From the NCBI RefSeq assembly GCF_964204865.1, contig NC_135262.1, forward strand, positions 9,858,001 to 9,922,000: a stretch of 64,000 nt of DNA. The letters run 5' to 3'. The translations under genes and the position numbers were made by a program. How positions within the stretch are numbered: the stretch's first letter is position 1; each line of letters starts with the position of its first letter. Of the stretch, positions 9,762 to 22,651 are shown piece after piece. The stretch comes from Styela clava. Its lineage: Eukaryota. The notes below the pieces were generated by a model that was not told the DNA's origin, did no database searches, and saw nothing but the letters and a program-made list of their open reading frames with translations.

Positions 9762-12700
9762 ATGGAGGACAAAATACCCGTCGATGGAATGGCTCACTCA
9801 TCTGAATTACTTAAAGAGTTGAACAAGTAAGTTCATTCTAGTTATACCTTAGTGACTGGTGACATCACATGAATAGAAGTGGTTTTAATGTCTGACTGAT
9901 CCCATAAAACAGTAACATAATCATTCCTTTGAAATTTTAAGACCACCATTGTTAAAAATATTTATGCACACAAGTGATATGGTTTTTTGACTGAGGTGTC
10001 CAAGCCTGGAATTTCCAAAAGGGGGGTTTTGGAATTTCTAATTACCAAGTTAGATCCAAAAAACTTGGGGTTTCTGGGTTTCGAGAGTCCTAAGGGCTGA
10101 AAGGTTTATAAAGCGTTTCAAGGGTTCCTTTACATTTGAACCGACGTACAGTCTGAACCCGTGACAATTGGGGTCTCATGTAGTTTCGTACGAACCCATG
10201 ACAATTGGGGTCTCGTGTAGTTTCGTACCTAATCCACTTCTAGTGCGTAGCATAACAATTTTTTGAAATATCAATCCTAACCCCTGCTACGCAATCCAAA
10301 AGCTATGTCACTACGACGTCACAGTGACGTAATAGAGCCCTTCAAACTATACGAACTGTTGTCCAAGCTGCCAAGACACGCAGACGAGCATCCGAAATCG
10401 AATAACTATTTCTCTCATTTTCTTGCCGCAACGATCCCAATATGAGAGAGATCGCTGACATTAGTCAGTTCTTTATCGACGGCACCGATGCCGTTTCGGA
10501 CGATCGTATGTATATTTGACAAACTCTATGACGTGATTGTGACATCGTAGTGACGTAATTTTTGGATGGCATAGTCAGGTGAGGGTTAGGATTGATATGT
10601 CGAAAAATTATTGCGATACGCTCACTAGAAGTATGTTATGTACGAAAACTATACGAGACCCGACAATTGCACCTGCATACCAGTGCACCTATGGAATTTT
10701 ATTGTTTTACAGATATTTGAACCCATACTAACCCATGGGTTTTAGCACTCGCTTATAGATTGAACCCACGGATATACACATGGGTTCAACTGTCCGTGGG
10801 TTCAAATGTACGGTCACCATTTCAAGCAATGGAAAATTGTATGATACAGAAAAGATCCTGTCATTTTTATGAATATTTCATTGAATTGGGTGGCAACTGA
10901 CTCTGATGACCCCTAAAGGGGGTATCCTTGCCTCCCAGTCATGTACCGAAAACATTTGTTTATTTGATATCTATATATTTGAATTTATATTCACATCACT
11001 TTGTAGGAAACTTTACATTTCCCAATGTTTCTCCAAAATAACTAAAAATTATAGTTAAGTAGCTCCAGAAATCTTGTATGAATGAGACAATTTAAATTGT
11101 GACTGGGATCTATATTAATATTCATATTATATTGAAACCATATTTTGTTAATGACTGTATTTTTAGTTTGAGAAAACGTGGTGAGAACTGTGATTTCATA
11201 ATTCGAGCAGGAGATCTGGAATTGCCAGCCCATAAGAATGTTCTTAAAGCAAGTTCTCGTTATTTTAGAGCAATGATGGCTCATGATGTAAGTAAATGTT
11301 TTCTAATTCATTGGTTGTATCGTCTAGATCAGCGGTTCCCAAAGTGGGCGAAAACGCCCCCTTGTGGGCGTTTACGATAACTTGGGGGGCGCTGATGGCG
11401 ATTTGGGCAATTGGGGGGCGCTTTCTGCCAAACTGGGCGATTGGGGGGCGCTGACATCAATACGGGAGCTCGCAAGAAGTGTGATAATTTATGTCATTTA
11501 CTCCTATGTTTTGGTTCAAACAAGTTTGCTTGTGATTTCGGTGTTGGAAACTTCTCGCTTAAGCAGCATTATTAACTGATTTATATTAAAAACAGTATTA
11601 TACAGCGTGATCCCAAAAAACGGAACCATCAATTTTTCGATTACTTCTACGAAATGGAGTGAATTAATTCATTTTGTCTACACTTGAACTTCTGTGTGCG
11701 ATGTTTGTACCCAAAAGTGTCGGAGAATCTAGGACGTTTTGCACAAAAATTATGTTGATGTTCCAAATGCTCTTCTCGACATTAAAAAAAAATTGCATTC
11801 TTCTTGGAACATTGTCAATCACTCTTCTTTGGGTTTTTCTCTATTTTATTTCTGCAATTGCAGCCTTGAGTTTACCAATCGTTTAAGGATTGTCCTTCGA
11901 ACATCCTACATATCAGAATCTGAGAGGTTCCATTCCGATAATTAAGGTGCCCACGGGATGCCATTGCTGACTTTTCCTCCAGGAAAGCAAGCGTCTGATT
12001 TGATGTATGAGGGGTCATGCTGGAACTACTGCTGGTCATCTCTATCAATCCCTCAAATCATGTCCAGATTTTTCTTGGCACAACCACGTAATGTTCTGTA
12101 TTCACTGTTTGAATTCTTTAATTTTCATGTCCCAACAGCAGAAGGTGCGCTTCGGCAGAAAACTAAGTGAGTGGTTAAAAATTTTGCAAAACTTTCAAGT
12201 ATAATCATACGCAAACAGAAGTTCATGGGTTTATACTGGGTTACTGGGTTTATACTTTCACACCCATGTTCAAGTCTTTCAGTGTTCCTTTTTTTGCAAC
12301 AGAATCAAATTGAAATATCCCAACGTGTGAGACCCGTCAAAAGTTTTTTAATTGCTCTTGCCAGCTCATTCATGGTAGATCGTGTATTTAGTGCAGAGAC
12401 CGCACTTTTACATGTCAAGAGAGATTCCCTTGACAGTGTCAGACGAGACTCAAGACTGTTTTTAACTGAAATGAAGCCAGATATTATCAAGCTGGTGGTA
12501 TTTCACCAGGCTCAACTTTCACAATATACTAATGATAAATGGAGAATAAAGTTGCTTCGACTTTTTTGTCAGGGGGGCGTTTGCTACTTAAAAAGTCGTC
12601 TAAGGGGGCGCTGTCAGAAAAAAGTTTGGGAAACACTGGTCTAGATTCTAAATATAAATATAGTCGTACCATTAATATTTATTATTTTTTTATGACATTT

Positions 12701-15700
12701 GAATATCTTAAAAATGAGTAATCCTGATATTCTGTTACACTTAATATCAATCAGGGCAATTACAATAAATTTCTCTATTTTTGATGTGAGTCTCACATAG
12801 ACCCTATTTATTTATCATAAATCTCATAGTTGAATAAAGCAAACTCAAATTCATAATTTTGTTTTCAGAATATTGAAACTCAGTCTGGTGAAGTTGAAAT
12901 CAAAGGCGCTGATCCAGAATGTGTGATGAAATGTATTGATTTCATTTACACTGGAGAGGCTGCTATAACAGAAGAGAAACGAGGAGAACTGATGCATGTT
13001 GCACATATGATGGAATTGCAAAGTGGGCTTTGGTGCATTTTTGCGTTATGTTGTCTTACACAGGGTTTATTCTATTGTGTCAATGTTTATAATTTTACAC
13101 ATTTTTCATTCATGTCTTTCACTTCAAACTGCAAGGCACTGTACTACTCATTCTTACATTTTAACTTCTAGGCCAAAGCTTCGAATTTGGTTGAACAATT
13201 GAGCTAACTAATGACCCTATTATGTCTAATATTTGCTTTTATTTTGTATAGGACTCTGTGATGCTATTGTTCTTTTCCTTGAAAATAGTTTGAATGTAAA
13301 ATCCTTTTTTGTCACAAGAAGCTTAGCTGATATTTACAGCTGCAAACAACTGGAAAAAGTTTGTGATCAATTTGCTCTGGAACATTTCAGAGACATTGCT
13401 TTGTTGGAGGAGTTCTATGAATTAGATGATGAATACATTAGGTTTCTCATTGGATCGAAAAAGACACAGGTACACTACACGACTTGAGTGGTTAAAGCGA
13501 TTACAGCTACCATAAGTCCGGAGCGGTAAAAATCGGGTCGCATTAGGGTTATTCAAGTCTGTCAAAACAAGCTTTTTTTCTTCATTTGATAAGTTCTTTT
13601 CATTTCATCATAGAAAAAATTTGTTTACACACAATCTACCCTCGCGAAATTTTAACAGTAAAAAACAAATTTAAATAAAGTATGTTTGTTTCAACATTCA
13701 CTGATTTTTCTGTATTCTAATTCAGGCAAATGAAGCAGTTAAATGCAAAACGCTATTGCGTTGGGCAGAAGCTGACATTGAAAATCGAAAAGAAAGCTTT
13801 AGGGAAATGTTTAACAAGATGGGATTGATGAAGATTCCTGCAAGTTACAGAAGATATATGTTGGAAAATGAGGTGACACAATACACAAATTGTGAACTGT
13901 CAGTGTGGAGACTGGAGAGTACTTTTTAATGAAAAGATTGTATGAAATTGACTATTATTGTCTTTGAGATTCCAAATTTTTTTTAGAATACTGACCGAGC
14001 AAATTGTTCAGAAATGAGAGTTTGATTCTCTAGTACAGTGTTTCCCAACCAGAGTCCGCGGTCTCAAATGAGTCCGCGGAGTGTTTGAATGAGTTCGCAA
14101 CGAGCCAGAAATTCACGGCGGGCTGAAAACGTTTTTGCGGAACTTAACCATCAGCCAAGTTACAATTTACGTTAGAATTTACATTAAACATAAAAAGGCA
14201 AGTTTATTCACATAACATTAGTCGATTCAATATTTACTGGGTACTGAGTAGGGCTGGGCATATATTCAACTATTAGAATAGCAATTTACTTTTCGAAAAT
14301 TTGGTAACAGGTGACGCGCAGGTCACTTTCGCGTCGCTTAATCAAACGATTGGATTTCACAACTCACTTGCGGATTTCCGACGGAAACACGAGTCGGCAC
14401 ACGCGTGGATAGATACCTACTGTAAATGGTGTTTCTCGCGCGCTTGAACAACTAGGAATAATGTTTTTTTTTCTGGTAGGTATCAATGGTGGCAACCTAA
14501 ATTTTCTAAATTGAAAAGCGGCAATACTAAAAATAAAATGGAGAACACCATAAATTTTGTTTTATGATGGTCCACGACAGATTAAAAACGCTTTTTTATA
14601 CATTGCAAATCGCAAAATTTCGGAGGCTACTGTAGTATACTGTAATAAGGGCTTTTTCCCCCTAAGATTATTTGCTTTACTGTCTCGACACTGGTACGTG
14701 CAGTACTGGAGCGCCGAACAGCTCAGATTTGTTGAATTTTACAAAAATACGAATCAAAACAAAATATATTCGGGCACTTCACCACGCATTTTTGTGTCCA
14801 CGGATTGTCGTGATATTTCTTGAGTAGTATTGCTTTTATTTCGTCAGCACTCATATTATTATGTTTGCAGATAGCCATGGCATTTTAAAGAAGTAATGCT
14901 CTCATCTTGTCATAAGTCGACGCGACCGCGCTGACCATGACCACAATTAAAATAGAATGAAATTTTAAATTCTCGTCTTTGTCATGGATTGAATATTGTG
15001 CGACAGAAAAGGCCATTTACACACTAAAAATTCGACTCTTTTAACAAACGCGCAATAATGCAATTGCGGCAAATTTCCGATTTTGGAAATCGTAAAATTC
15101 TGTTGTGTTTGGTTTTATTACTTTTTCACACCGAGTACATGCAATAAACGCACGTTGAGTCCGCAAAGGTTTTCGTCGGTGAGAAAATAGTCCGCGACCA
15201 AAAAAGGTTGGGAAACGCTGCTCTAGTAACTTGTAGCCCTTAGCATGTAGGTGACCCACTTGCCAACTTTTTTTACTAAAACGATTTAGTCATGTCTGTT
15301 GCTTCGAGCAAGGTCCTATACAAGCAGCCATCGATATCTAACAATATCCAAGGAACTACTATTATTTAGGAGGATTAGAATCTTCCTGGTTGATTGTCAT
15401 TGCTTCATTGTCTGACAATTTCACTGCTAAGTCTTCGGACTGCCCCTAGCTTACATAAAAGAACGTACCTAGCTTACATAAAAGAACGTACCTAGCTTAC
15501 ATAAAAGAACGTACCAAAAAGTTGCTCCCAATTGGATTATATCAAGAAGTTAAAAAATATCAGACTGATGTTTATTTTCAGAATTTGGTGAAAAATTCAA
15601 TGGAATTCTACAATATAGTGACAACTTCTCTACTTGATAGTTGGAACTTACAATCCAAGGATATCAATATTGCAAGCAAAGACGGTATTTTATTTTATTA

Positions 15701-18700
15701 CTATACTTTTTCAATCTAGTCAATTTTTTTGGGTATTTCTCATGGTGTCTTCAGTGAGGGAGTGCGAACTTGATCAAAATATTTTTTAATTGAATATATC
15801 TTATTTTTCAATTTGAGTTTGGTGGTCTATGCCAGGGTATTGACTGTTTGAACTAGCAGTTGGTGTGAATAATATTTCCATTTCATTATGTCTGCTTTGG
15901 ACAAAATCGCTTCTGATACCTGTTCTTTTTCTGAGCATCATAAGCCAATGCCTTATTTTGTGGAGGTATTGCTATCTTTTACTAGTGGAAACTTTTTTCA
16001 GATTTATTAAATAATATTAGCATTGTTTTGTCCTGTATAAGCAAAACTTTTTTAATAATTTTTTAGTACTGGTTGTATTTGAAAATACTACTAGGAAACT
16101 GTATGGTTATGACGTAAAAAGTAGAACCTGGAACGGCATGCAGGTAGGAATTTGCATTTGACCTCTCTCGTTGAAACAGTAATTTAGTCAATATGAAAAA
16201 TACGATTTCTAGTAATCACATCCGGGGGTGCAGACAAGGATTTACAGAAGGGGCTTCAGAAATCCTTAATTCCCGTATAACGGCTTTTTGAACAGGTAAT
16301 GTGTGTAAATTCGACAATACAACTCAGTTCAAAGTCAATACATCGATTAATACAGATTAACAAAATCACACACTTATAATGAGCATGCTGCCCAAACATT
16401 AAAAACAGAAAACAACCACAATAGAATATTATTCACGCCTGAGCGAACATGATAAATGAAGCAAAACGAAAGTGAAAGAATGCAGTGCTTGAAATGAATA
16501 AAGCAGAACAGTAACAATGTGATCACGGGACTCGTTAAAAGAGCTGACTACTTTAGTGGATAATGATTTTTCTGTTGCACAAAATATTCAATCCATGACC
16601 AATATAAGCCTTTGAAATGTTTCACGATATTATCTGAATTGTGTTCATCATAACTCATGGTTGTGTCGACTAGGGATGTAAGTTTCGAATATTTTTTTTT
16701 TTTAATCGAATTTTGAATCACATTGTTCCGATTCGAATATTTCCGAATCTGATTCTATTTAGTATATCATCATATTATCGTTAACTTTCTTCAAATTTGG
16801 AAGAAATATAGTATAAATTTTGATAAAATAACAAAAATGAGCTTAAAGAATTGAGTAAGTTACTAGAAAAAACACACTGCATGGATGTATCAACTACCAA
16901 ATATACTATGGCTGAGATTTATTTTTTGTTACATAAAGGTATACACAGACAGCACAGTTGCATATTTAGTTACGTACAATTATGTTTGCAAATAATACCG
17001 GGTGTATAGCGATTGTTTCTTTTAAAATTGACCTTCAAAATTCATCCAAATGATAAACGCTAGTTAGTACCGTACGCGCCATGATTTCAAAAGAACCAAT
17101 GATAATGAAGGAAGCATCGCAGACATGTTTTTAATAAGGTATAAAGAAAACAATTAAGTTTTATTAAAATAATATTATGTAGATAATTTGAAGAAACGTT
17201 TAAAATATTTGTGAAACTTTAACATTTTAAGTAGTCAAACACAATTGAGCGAAATCATTGTTCCCTCGAACGCTGCTACCAATATAAAATATAAAGACTC
17301 TGGAAGTGTCACGGCTTTGGAAAGCTGTAAACGTAAGGATAATAAAAGCTTTTGGTCAATATAAAGGGGGTGCCGCTGTGCTGTGCAATTGCCTTGTGTT
17401 AACTATCAAATGTTTTTTAAATAGGATCAAACCCTTTTTTCCTAAATTGCTTCGAATTGATGTTGATCCGAATCGCTTCGATTCGAAATTCTGAAACTTA
17501 CATCCATAGTGCCAACGTACTGCAAGATAAAACAGTACTACTCTGAAATAGTGTGGCAATCTGGGGACTTCAAAATGTGTGGTATACTGCCCGATTATAT
17601 CTATCATATTTCTTTCCCTAGAAGAGTTTGGATTTCATCATATGATTAACTTCATCACTCAGCTTTTCTATCTTGAGAGATAAATATGAAAAACTTGCCC
17701 TAAAATACACACCCTACGGTCTACTGTACATTTTTTCTTTTAATAACAGGCAATAGAGGACAGAATTCTAGGCACCTATGCGTCAGCAGCTCATCTTGAT
17801 GGAATTCTTTATGTTTTTCTACCTTCATACTCAGTGTTCAAAATAGACTTGCGTGATGCTGAAAGCAATTGGCAACGAATGGCAAGCAAGTATCTAGGAA
17901 CTGGACCAGTCGCAATTTTGAATGGTAAAAAGGGGTTTTGTAAATTCGATCATTTGATTTAAGGTGCTGTCATACAACTGTCCAGACTTCTCTAAGATTG
18001 GAAGATATATTTTAAAAAGTTTTTTTAAATGGTTATGGTAGATACCTCATGGTCAAAATTTCTGATATTGCATGCTCGCTTACATTCTTATCAAAAATAT
18101 GGCACATGGATTTTTCATTTGGTATTCATAACACAAATCGTTATTAAAATGTGATAAGTTAAAATAAATGTATTTTTTATATCCTAGGAATTTTTAGAAA
18201 AGAATTCGGAAAATTTAAAGTTATTTTGATATTGCAGGTCTCATGTATACAATTGACTACGGAAATTTCAGCAGATCTTGTGAATGCTATGATCCATCAG
18301 CGGATAAATGGACTCAACTTCCTGAAAAGCCAAGCAACGTTGCAACTGAAGCATTAGTAGCAGCTGAAGGTATTCGGTATAGTATAATTCAGTTTATAAA
18401 GGCTTTTTGCTCAGTTATATTACTAATTACACAACAAGTTACGTGAACCACCATGCAATAGAAAGAGGTCGAGCAAAACTTCACATTACAATTCTATATT
18501 GTTTATGACAAGTGCTTTTGCTTTGACGATATACCAAATACCAATTATCTCATAAGTCAAATGTATTAGAATTGCCTGTGATACTATTTTTTATTGATTA
18601 AGGTCAAATTTTCTGCATTGGAGGAAGTTATATTCGCCATCGATCTCATGTAACTGAAAATCATTCAACAGATGCTGTTGAAAAATATAATCCAGCAACA

Positions 18701-20281
18701 GCATCTTGGTCCACTGATACCAAACTCAACAAAGCAAGACAGGCTGCCGCTGCTACTTATCTCAATGGAATATATGTGATAGGTACAATTCAATATACTT
18801 GTAGATTATTTTCATATTTATCCCAGGGGAGAGAAAGCCGATAATGCGTATCAACGAGTACTCTTGACGGTTAATTGATCCAAGTTGGGGCAGTTAACCA
18901 GGTATTTGTTTCAGATGCATAGACTTGATGGTGAAAGAAGTCATAACTGACCAGCAGTTACATTAACCGTACCGTACAACGGCGAGGAGTCATGCAATGC
19001 AATTCGAGCGAGTTTGTCTAGTTTAGTTATCTACCGCCACCATTTACGTTATATGATATTTTAATATGTGGGTTAGCTCTTACGAGTTTAGGTTAAATAT
19101 ATATCCTCTCTATATAAAGTATTTCCTTCATATACAATTATCCATGTATTTATACATCATTTTACTCCATCCAGTGTGAAACAAAAAAACTTTACTACTA
19201 ACCATTTTGCAAAATTAGTATTCAAAAAATTGTATCTTACTAGGTGGGAGCAGTTCAGGTTCAGTTAATAATGATGTTGAATTCCGATGTCCTGTTGCGA
19301 AAACTTGGACAACGCTTACAGAAACAATAGTTCATTCCAGACGATTGTTCAATGCAGTCAATATTGATGGAAAGATTTATATCATAGGAGGATGCTCAAG
19401 GTAAACCTTTCGTACTGTTGATAATTTATAAGGAATTCAATTACTGATATTCAGTTATTAACAAGTTATTGGAAATTGTTTAATCATTCAAATAATGCCT
19501 AAAAAATATTTTTTCCGAAATCGAGAATTTTATAATGCAATGGGTGAGGTTTTATGCAATAGTTGTATAGCTATTCTCAAGGTTTCCAACCTTAACTAAT
19601 TGTCATATTTTTGGTAGATAGACCGCTTTCAAATTCAATTTTTGGTACTCCCGAACGCAGTATGTGTACCAGGTTAGGCCATAATTTCAGGTACAAATAC
19701 TACGGGAGTCGAACTCTTAATAGAAATAAAATAAGGAAATTTGGAATAAAACTATGGCCTAATCCTTACCTGGTACACATACTATGTTCCGGTGTCCGCC
19801 ATCTTGGTTCACATACTACGTTTCGGTGTTCGCCATCTTGGTTCACCTACTTCGGAGTACCCAATTTTTAATAAAGTGGATATAGCAACAAAAGCCAATT
19901 TTCATTTTATTGTCAGTTAATTAACTCTATAACTATAATTTTTTGCATATATAACTCATGCTTATTGTTCTGCATCAACTTTGTTTCAAATCAGGACTTA
20001 GGAGCTAATGATTGCATTTATTTGTTTGCATTATTTGTTTTGTTATGCTCACTAAAATATTGACAACCACAATAGGTCCTTACCCGTGACAGTATTGGGT
20101 CATGTTGCAAATATGCCTAGAATATTACTTTCATTTACTGGGTGTGCTCCAATTTACTTATTAATTTTTATTCAGTGATGAAATAGAAGAATATGATCCT
20201 GAAGTAAGGCAATGGAGAATAGCTGGAACAATGGAAGGTTTTTTCATTGAACAATTGGCAGCCGTTGCTGTTGTAATATAA
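9762..20281 (+). CDS. Kelch-like BTB-BACK-Kelch protein (Cullin-3 adaptor family), 12 exons, about 544 aa
   Basis: Exons 9762-9826, 11167-11287, 12869-13022, 13252-13469, 13726-13872, 15582-15684, 16067-16143, 17750-17924, 18238-18369, 18603-18782, 19244-19400, 20176-20281. All GT-AG and in frame (1635 nt). BTB motifs CDFII...AHKNVLKASSRYFRAM and IDFIYTG; kelch motifs ECYDPSADKW, IFCIGG, EKYNP..SW, IYVIGG, IYIIGG, EEYDPEVRQW. Confidence 0.9.
10123..10818. mobile_element. Merlin-type MITE (GG...CC ends) carrying a nested second MITE
   Basis: TIR ggttcctttacatttgaacc / ggttcaaatgtacggtcacc; 8-bp flanks gtttcaag / atttcaag (7/8 match). Confidence 0.7.
10208..10661. mobile_element. Merlin-type MITE family B (GGGTCTCG termini), nested
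   Basis: Long imperfect TIRs gggtctcgtgtagtttcgtacc... / ...gtacgaaaactatacgagaccc; 8-bp TSD GACAATTG; left end partly duplicated at about 10162-10199. Related to 45691-46132. Confidence 0.8.
11330..12638. mobile_element. Non-autonomous hAT (Charlie-like) element containing a degraded Tc1/mariner-like insert starting near 11601
   Basis: TIR cagcggttcccaaa / tttgggaaacactg; perfect 8-bp TSD GTCTAGAT; subterminal gggggcg repeats. Internal TA-cagcgtgatcccaaaaaacggaacc end, and minus-strand FQHD and PWAP remnants resembling IS630-Tc1-mariner catalytic motifs (lower confidence). Confidence 0.85.
14036..15220. mobile_element. Non-autonomous hAT (Charlie-like) element with a nested TAGGG-type hAT fragment from 14249
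   Basis: TIR cagtgtttcccaacc / ggttgggaaacgctg; perfect TSD CTCTAGTA; internal tagggctgggc...tattcg end matching 27180. Confidence 0.85.
15446..15514. repeat. 23-bp tandem repeat x3
   Basis: cctagcttacataaaagaacgta repeated three times perfectly. Confidence 0.95.
16671..17508. mobile_element. Non-autonomous hAT element with TAGGGATG termini
   Basis: tagggatgtaagtttcgaat / ttcgaaattctgaaacttacatccata; flanks gtgtcgac / gtgccaac (6/8); subterminal TTCGAAT repeats. Confidence 0.7.
18808..18995 (-). mobile_element. 5'-truncated SINE family A copy
   Basis: catatttatcccagggggagagaaagccgataa...gaccagcagttac...ggcgaggagtc matches the SINE A 3' half. Confidence 0.75.
19644..19861. mobile_element. 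Merlin-type MITE family A
   Basis: ggtactcccgaa... / ...ttcggagtacc; perfect 8-bp TSD CAATTTTT; internal ggttaggccataattt / tatggcctaatcc inverted pair. Confidence 0.85.
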
Positions 20282-20401
20282 AACAATATCACAAGGATAT
20301 TCAACATTTATATATTTTGTAGTGAATGTGTGTGCACTTGATCTTTATCTCCTGTGATTCCGAATGTCTACTTTCTCTGACTATTGTAAAATTCATATAG
20401 A

Positions 20402-20467
20402 TACTCCTGAAGTATGCAACCTGAGTTCAGGTTGTGTGCCATCTTGGTGCGCATACTTCAGGAGGTC
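20402..20467. mobile_element. Short MITE family A derivative downstream of the Kelch gene stop codon
   Basis: tactcctgaagtatgc...gcatacttcaggag hairpin; near-identical to 44010-44060. Confidence 0.7.
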
Positions 20468-22651
20468 AGTGTGTAATAATTATAAGTAAAAATTGGAAAT
20501 CCATCAGTTTAAGCTATACTAACCATGGACAAAGATGTTCATGTGCATGGTAATTTGACCTTCAATTTTTTTGTATTTTCAATTTAGATTACCTACTGGC
20601 AAACACATTTTTAAAATGTATTTTTCTCTGTAATGGATTTTGCAGTCTATGATATTACAACATGTGTATGAACCAAATGCATTTTATTAGCATTTCACTT
20701 TTTGTATTCTACTGCTATGGTGCTTTATTTCTATTACTGTTATGCATATGCTTATACTTTGCTCAAAAGTTTTACCGTATATTATAAGTACATCTTTAAA
20801 ACTGAACATTTTATTAGCTCCAATTTGGTATTAAATTATGGGTGATACCAAATTATTATTATCATTTTTAATATATCCCTCGCTGAATTGTATTGAAATT
20901 CCTAATTTCCTAGACTTTTTTCTTAATAGTGTTGCATTTTTTTTTATTTCTCTTAATTTTGTTTTGTATTTGAGTTAGGAGCATTGTAATGTAATGATTC
21001 CATGTGTATTAAAAAACTAAATATTTTTCCCATATTACATTTCTTGATTGAAAGTGAGAAAAGCATAGTCTATTTGCTGTATTAAATCTATTTCTACACT
21101 ATTATTTTAACGCTATTTGTTGTTTGTAATTCAGCATCTTTGACTTTTTGTTAACTATGTGTTCATACCAATTATCATGTGGTAAGTACTTATTTTAGTT
21201 CCTTAGCCATAGCTTAGACTATGTTAGTTTCAATATTGTTCTTAAAAGAGAAGGTGACTAAATATTGATTTGAAATTGAATTTTATTCAGTATATATATC
21301 CTGATTTTATCATCTTTCTCTGCACCGTAATTTATATTTGTTCAATCATTAATAATTTTCTTCAATTTATTTGTTTGTCGTGTGGTGATTGCACTTTAAA
21401 TTAATTTCTGTAATAAAGGCAGGACTCCCTTGAAGGTGCCAAGGGGTGAAGAGGCTAGCTAGATAACAGATTCCAAAGAAAATATTATATGGGCATCATT
21501 ATACAAATATTGCAAAAAATACTTTATTCGAGGAAAAAAAAATGCATACTTCAAAAAATAATATAGTCGACAGACGCTTTTAAGTAAGCCTTTGATGAGA
21601 AATTCCATATTATTTAATGAGAAAATTAGAAGAAAAAAATCGATTTTACAGCAATTATAAGTATAAATTATCGAATATTAGTTAAAATCTGATGAGTTCC
21701 ATATGACAAATTGTTTCATGAATATAAAAATAGCTTAGACTGTGATTGGTGTCTTCATAAAATATCGAAAAATGACATTATCAAGAGTTACTAATTACTA
21801 TGTACCGTAATAATAATATGTTCATATTAGGTGAATCAAAATTATTTTTTTAATAATATTTCATGTTAAACTTTAAATTATTGCATTACGGTACTCATTA
21901 GGTATGCAGTTAGTAAACAGAATTTATAGTGAGACACAGTAGACTAAATTATATTATTCCCAATCGAGTTTATAATTCACATTTACTCGTTTATTGAGCC
22001 TATGATTTAATTATAATTAGACAAACGGCAACAAACGCAGAAAAGTTGATGCAAAGGGTTCACTGGCGCAGAAAATATTAAAATGAAATTTTTTGAGATA
22101 TGATCTGTGTGGAAAAATGTGATTTTATTGACCATCCGTTCGATTTTTAACTCTTTAGATTAGGAACATGTGCGGCCCGCCGATGACTTGCAACCCTAAA
22201 TTCTGGCCCGCAAGCGACAAAAGGTTGCCGACAGCCGACCTGCACAAATCCAACGATCAGACCATAGGCGTATACATATGCATTGTCTCTGATCAGACGA
22301 TAGCATAATTTCCTGTCAAGCGTAGCAGAAAAGAACAAGAAATATAAACAAATAGACTCAATGTAAATAAACATGAGTTATAAAAATATTTAAAATTAAC
22401 TCCATTTATAAATTCTGGTGAATATCATAATTGGACGGAAGAAGTCGTCAGAAGTGTATTATTACATTTAATTTATCTACCTAAATTTTGTTATATTTTG
22501 TGTAAGTTGTCCACAGATCCCTTAAAAAAGAATCAGAGTGCCGAAATAATCGATTGATACAACTTGCTAGGTATATACGCCCTCACTGTCGGGTATGCTG
22601 CACATAGATTTGCGGATGCACTGGTAGAGTGGATATTTATGTAGAAAATCG

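Noticed and set aside
10875-10930. Hammerhead-like CTGATGA followed by a CCCC/GGGG stem
   Set aside because: The required GAAA after stem II is absent (GTAT) and there are no closing stems I/III.
15446-15514. Short repeated unit that might suggest a CRISPR-like array
   Set aside because: Head-to-tail tandem repeat without spacers in a eukaryotic intron.
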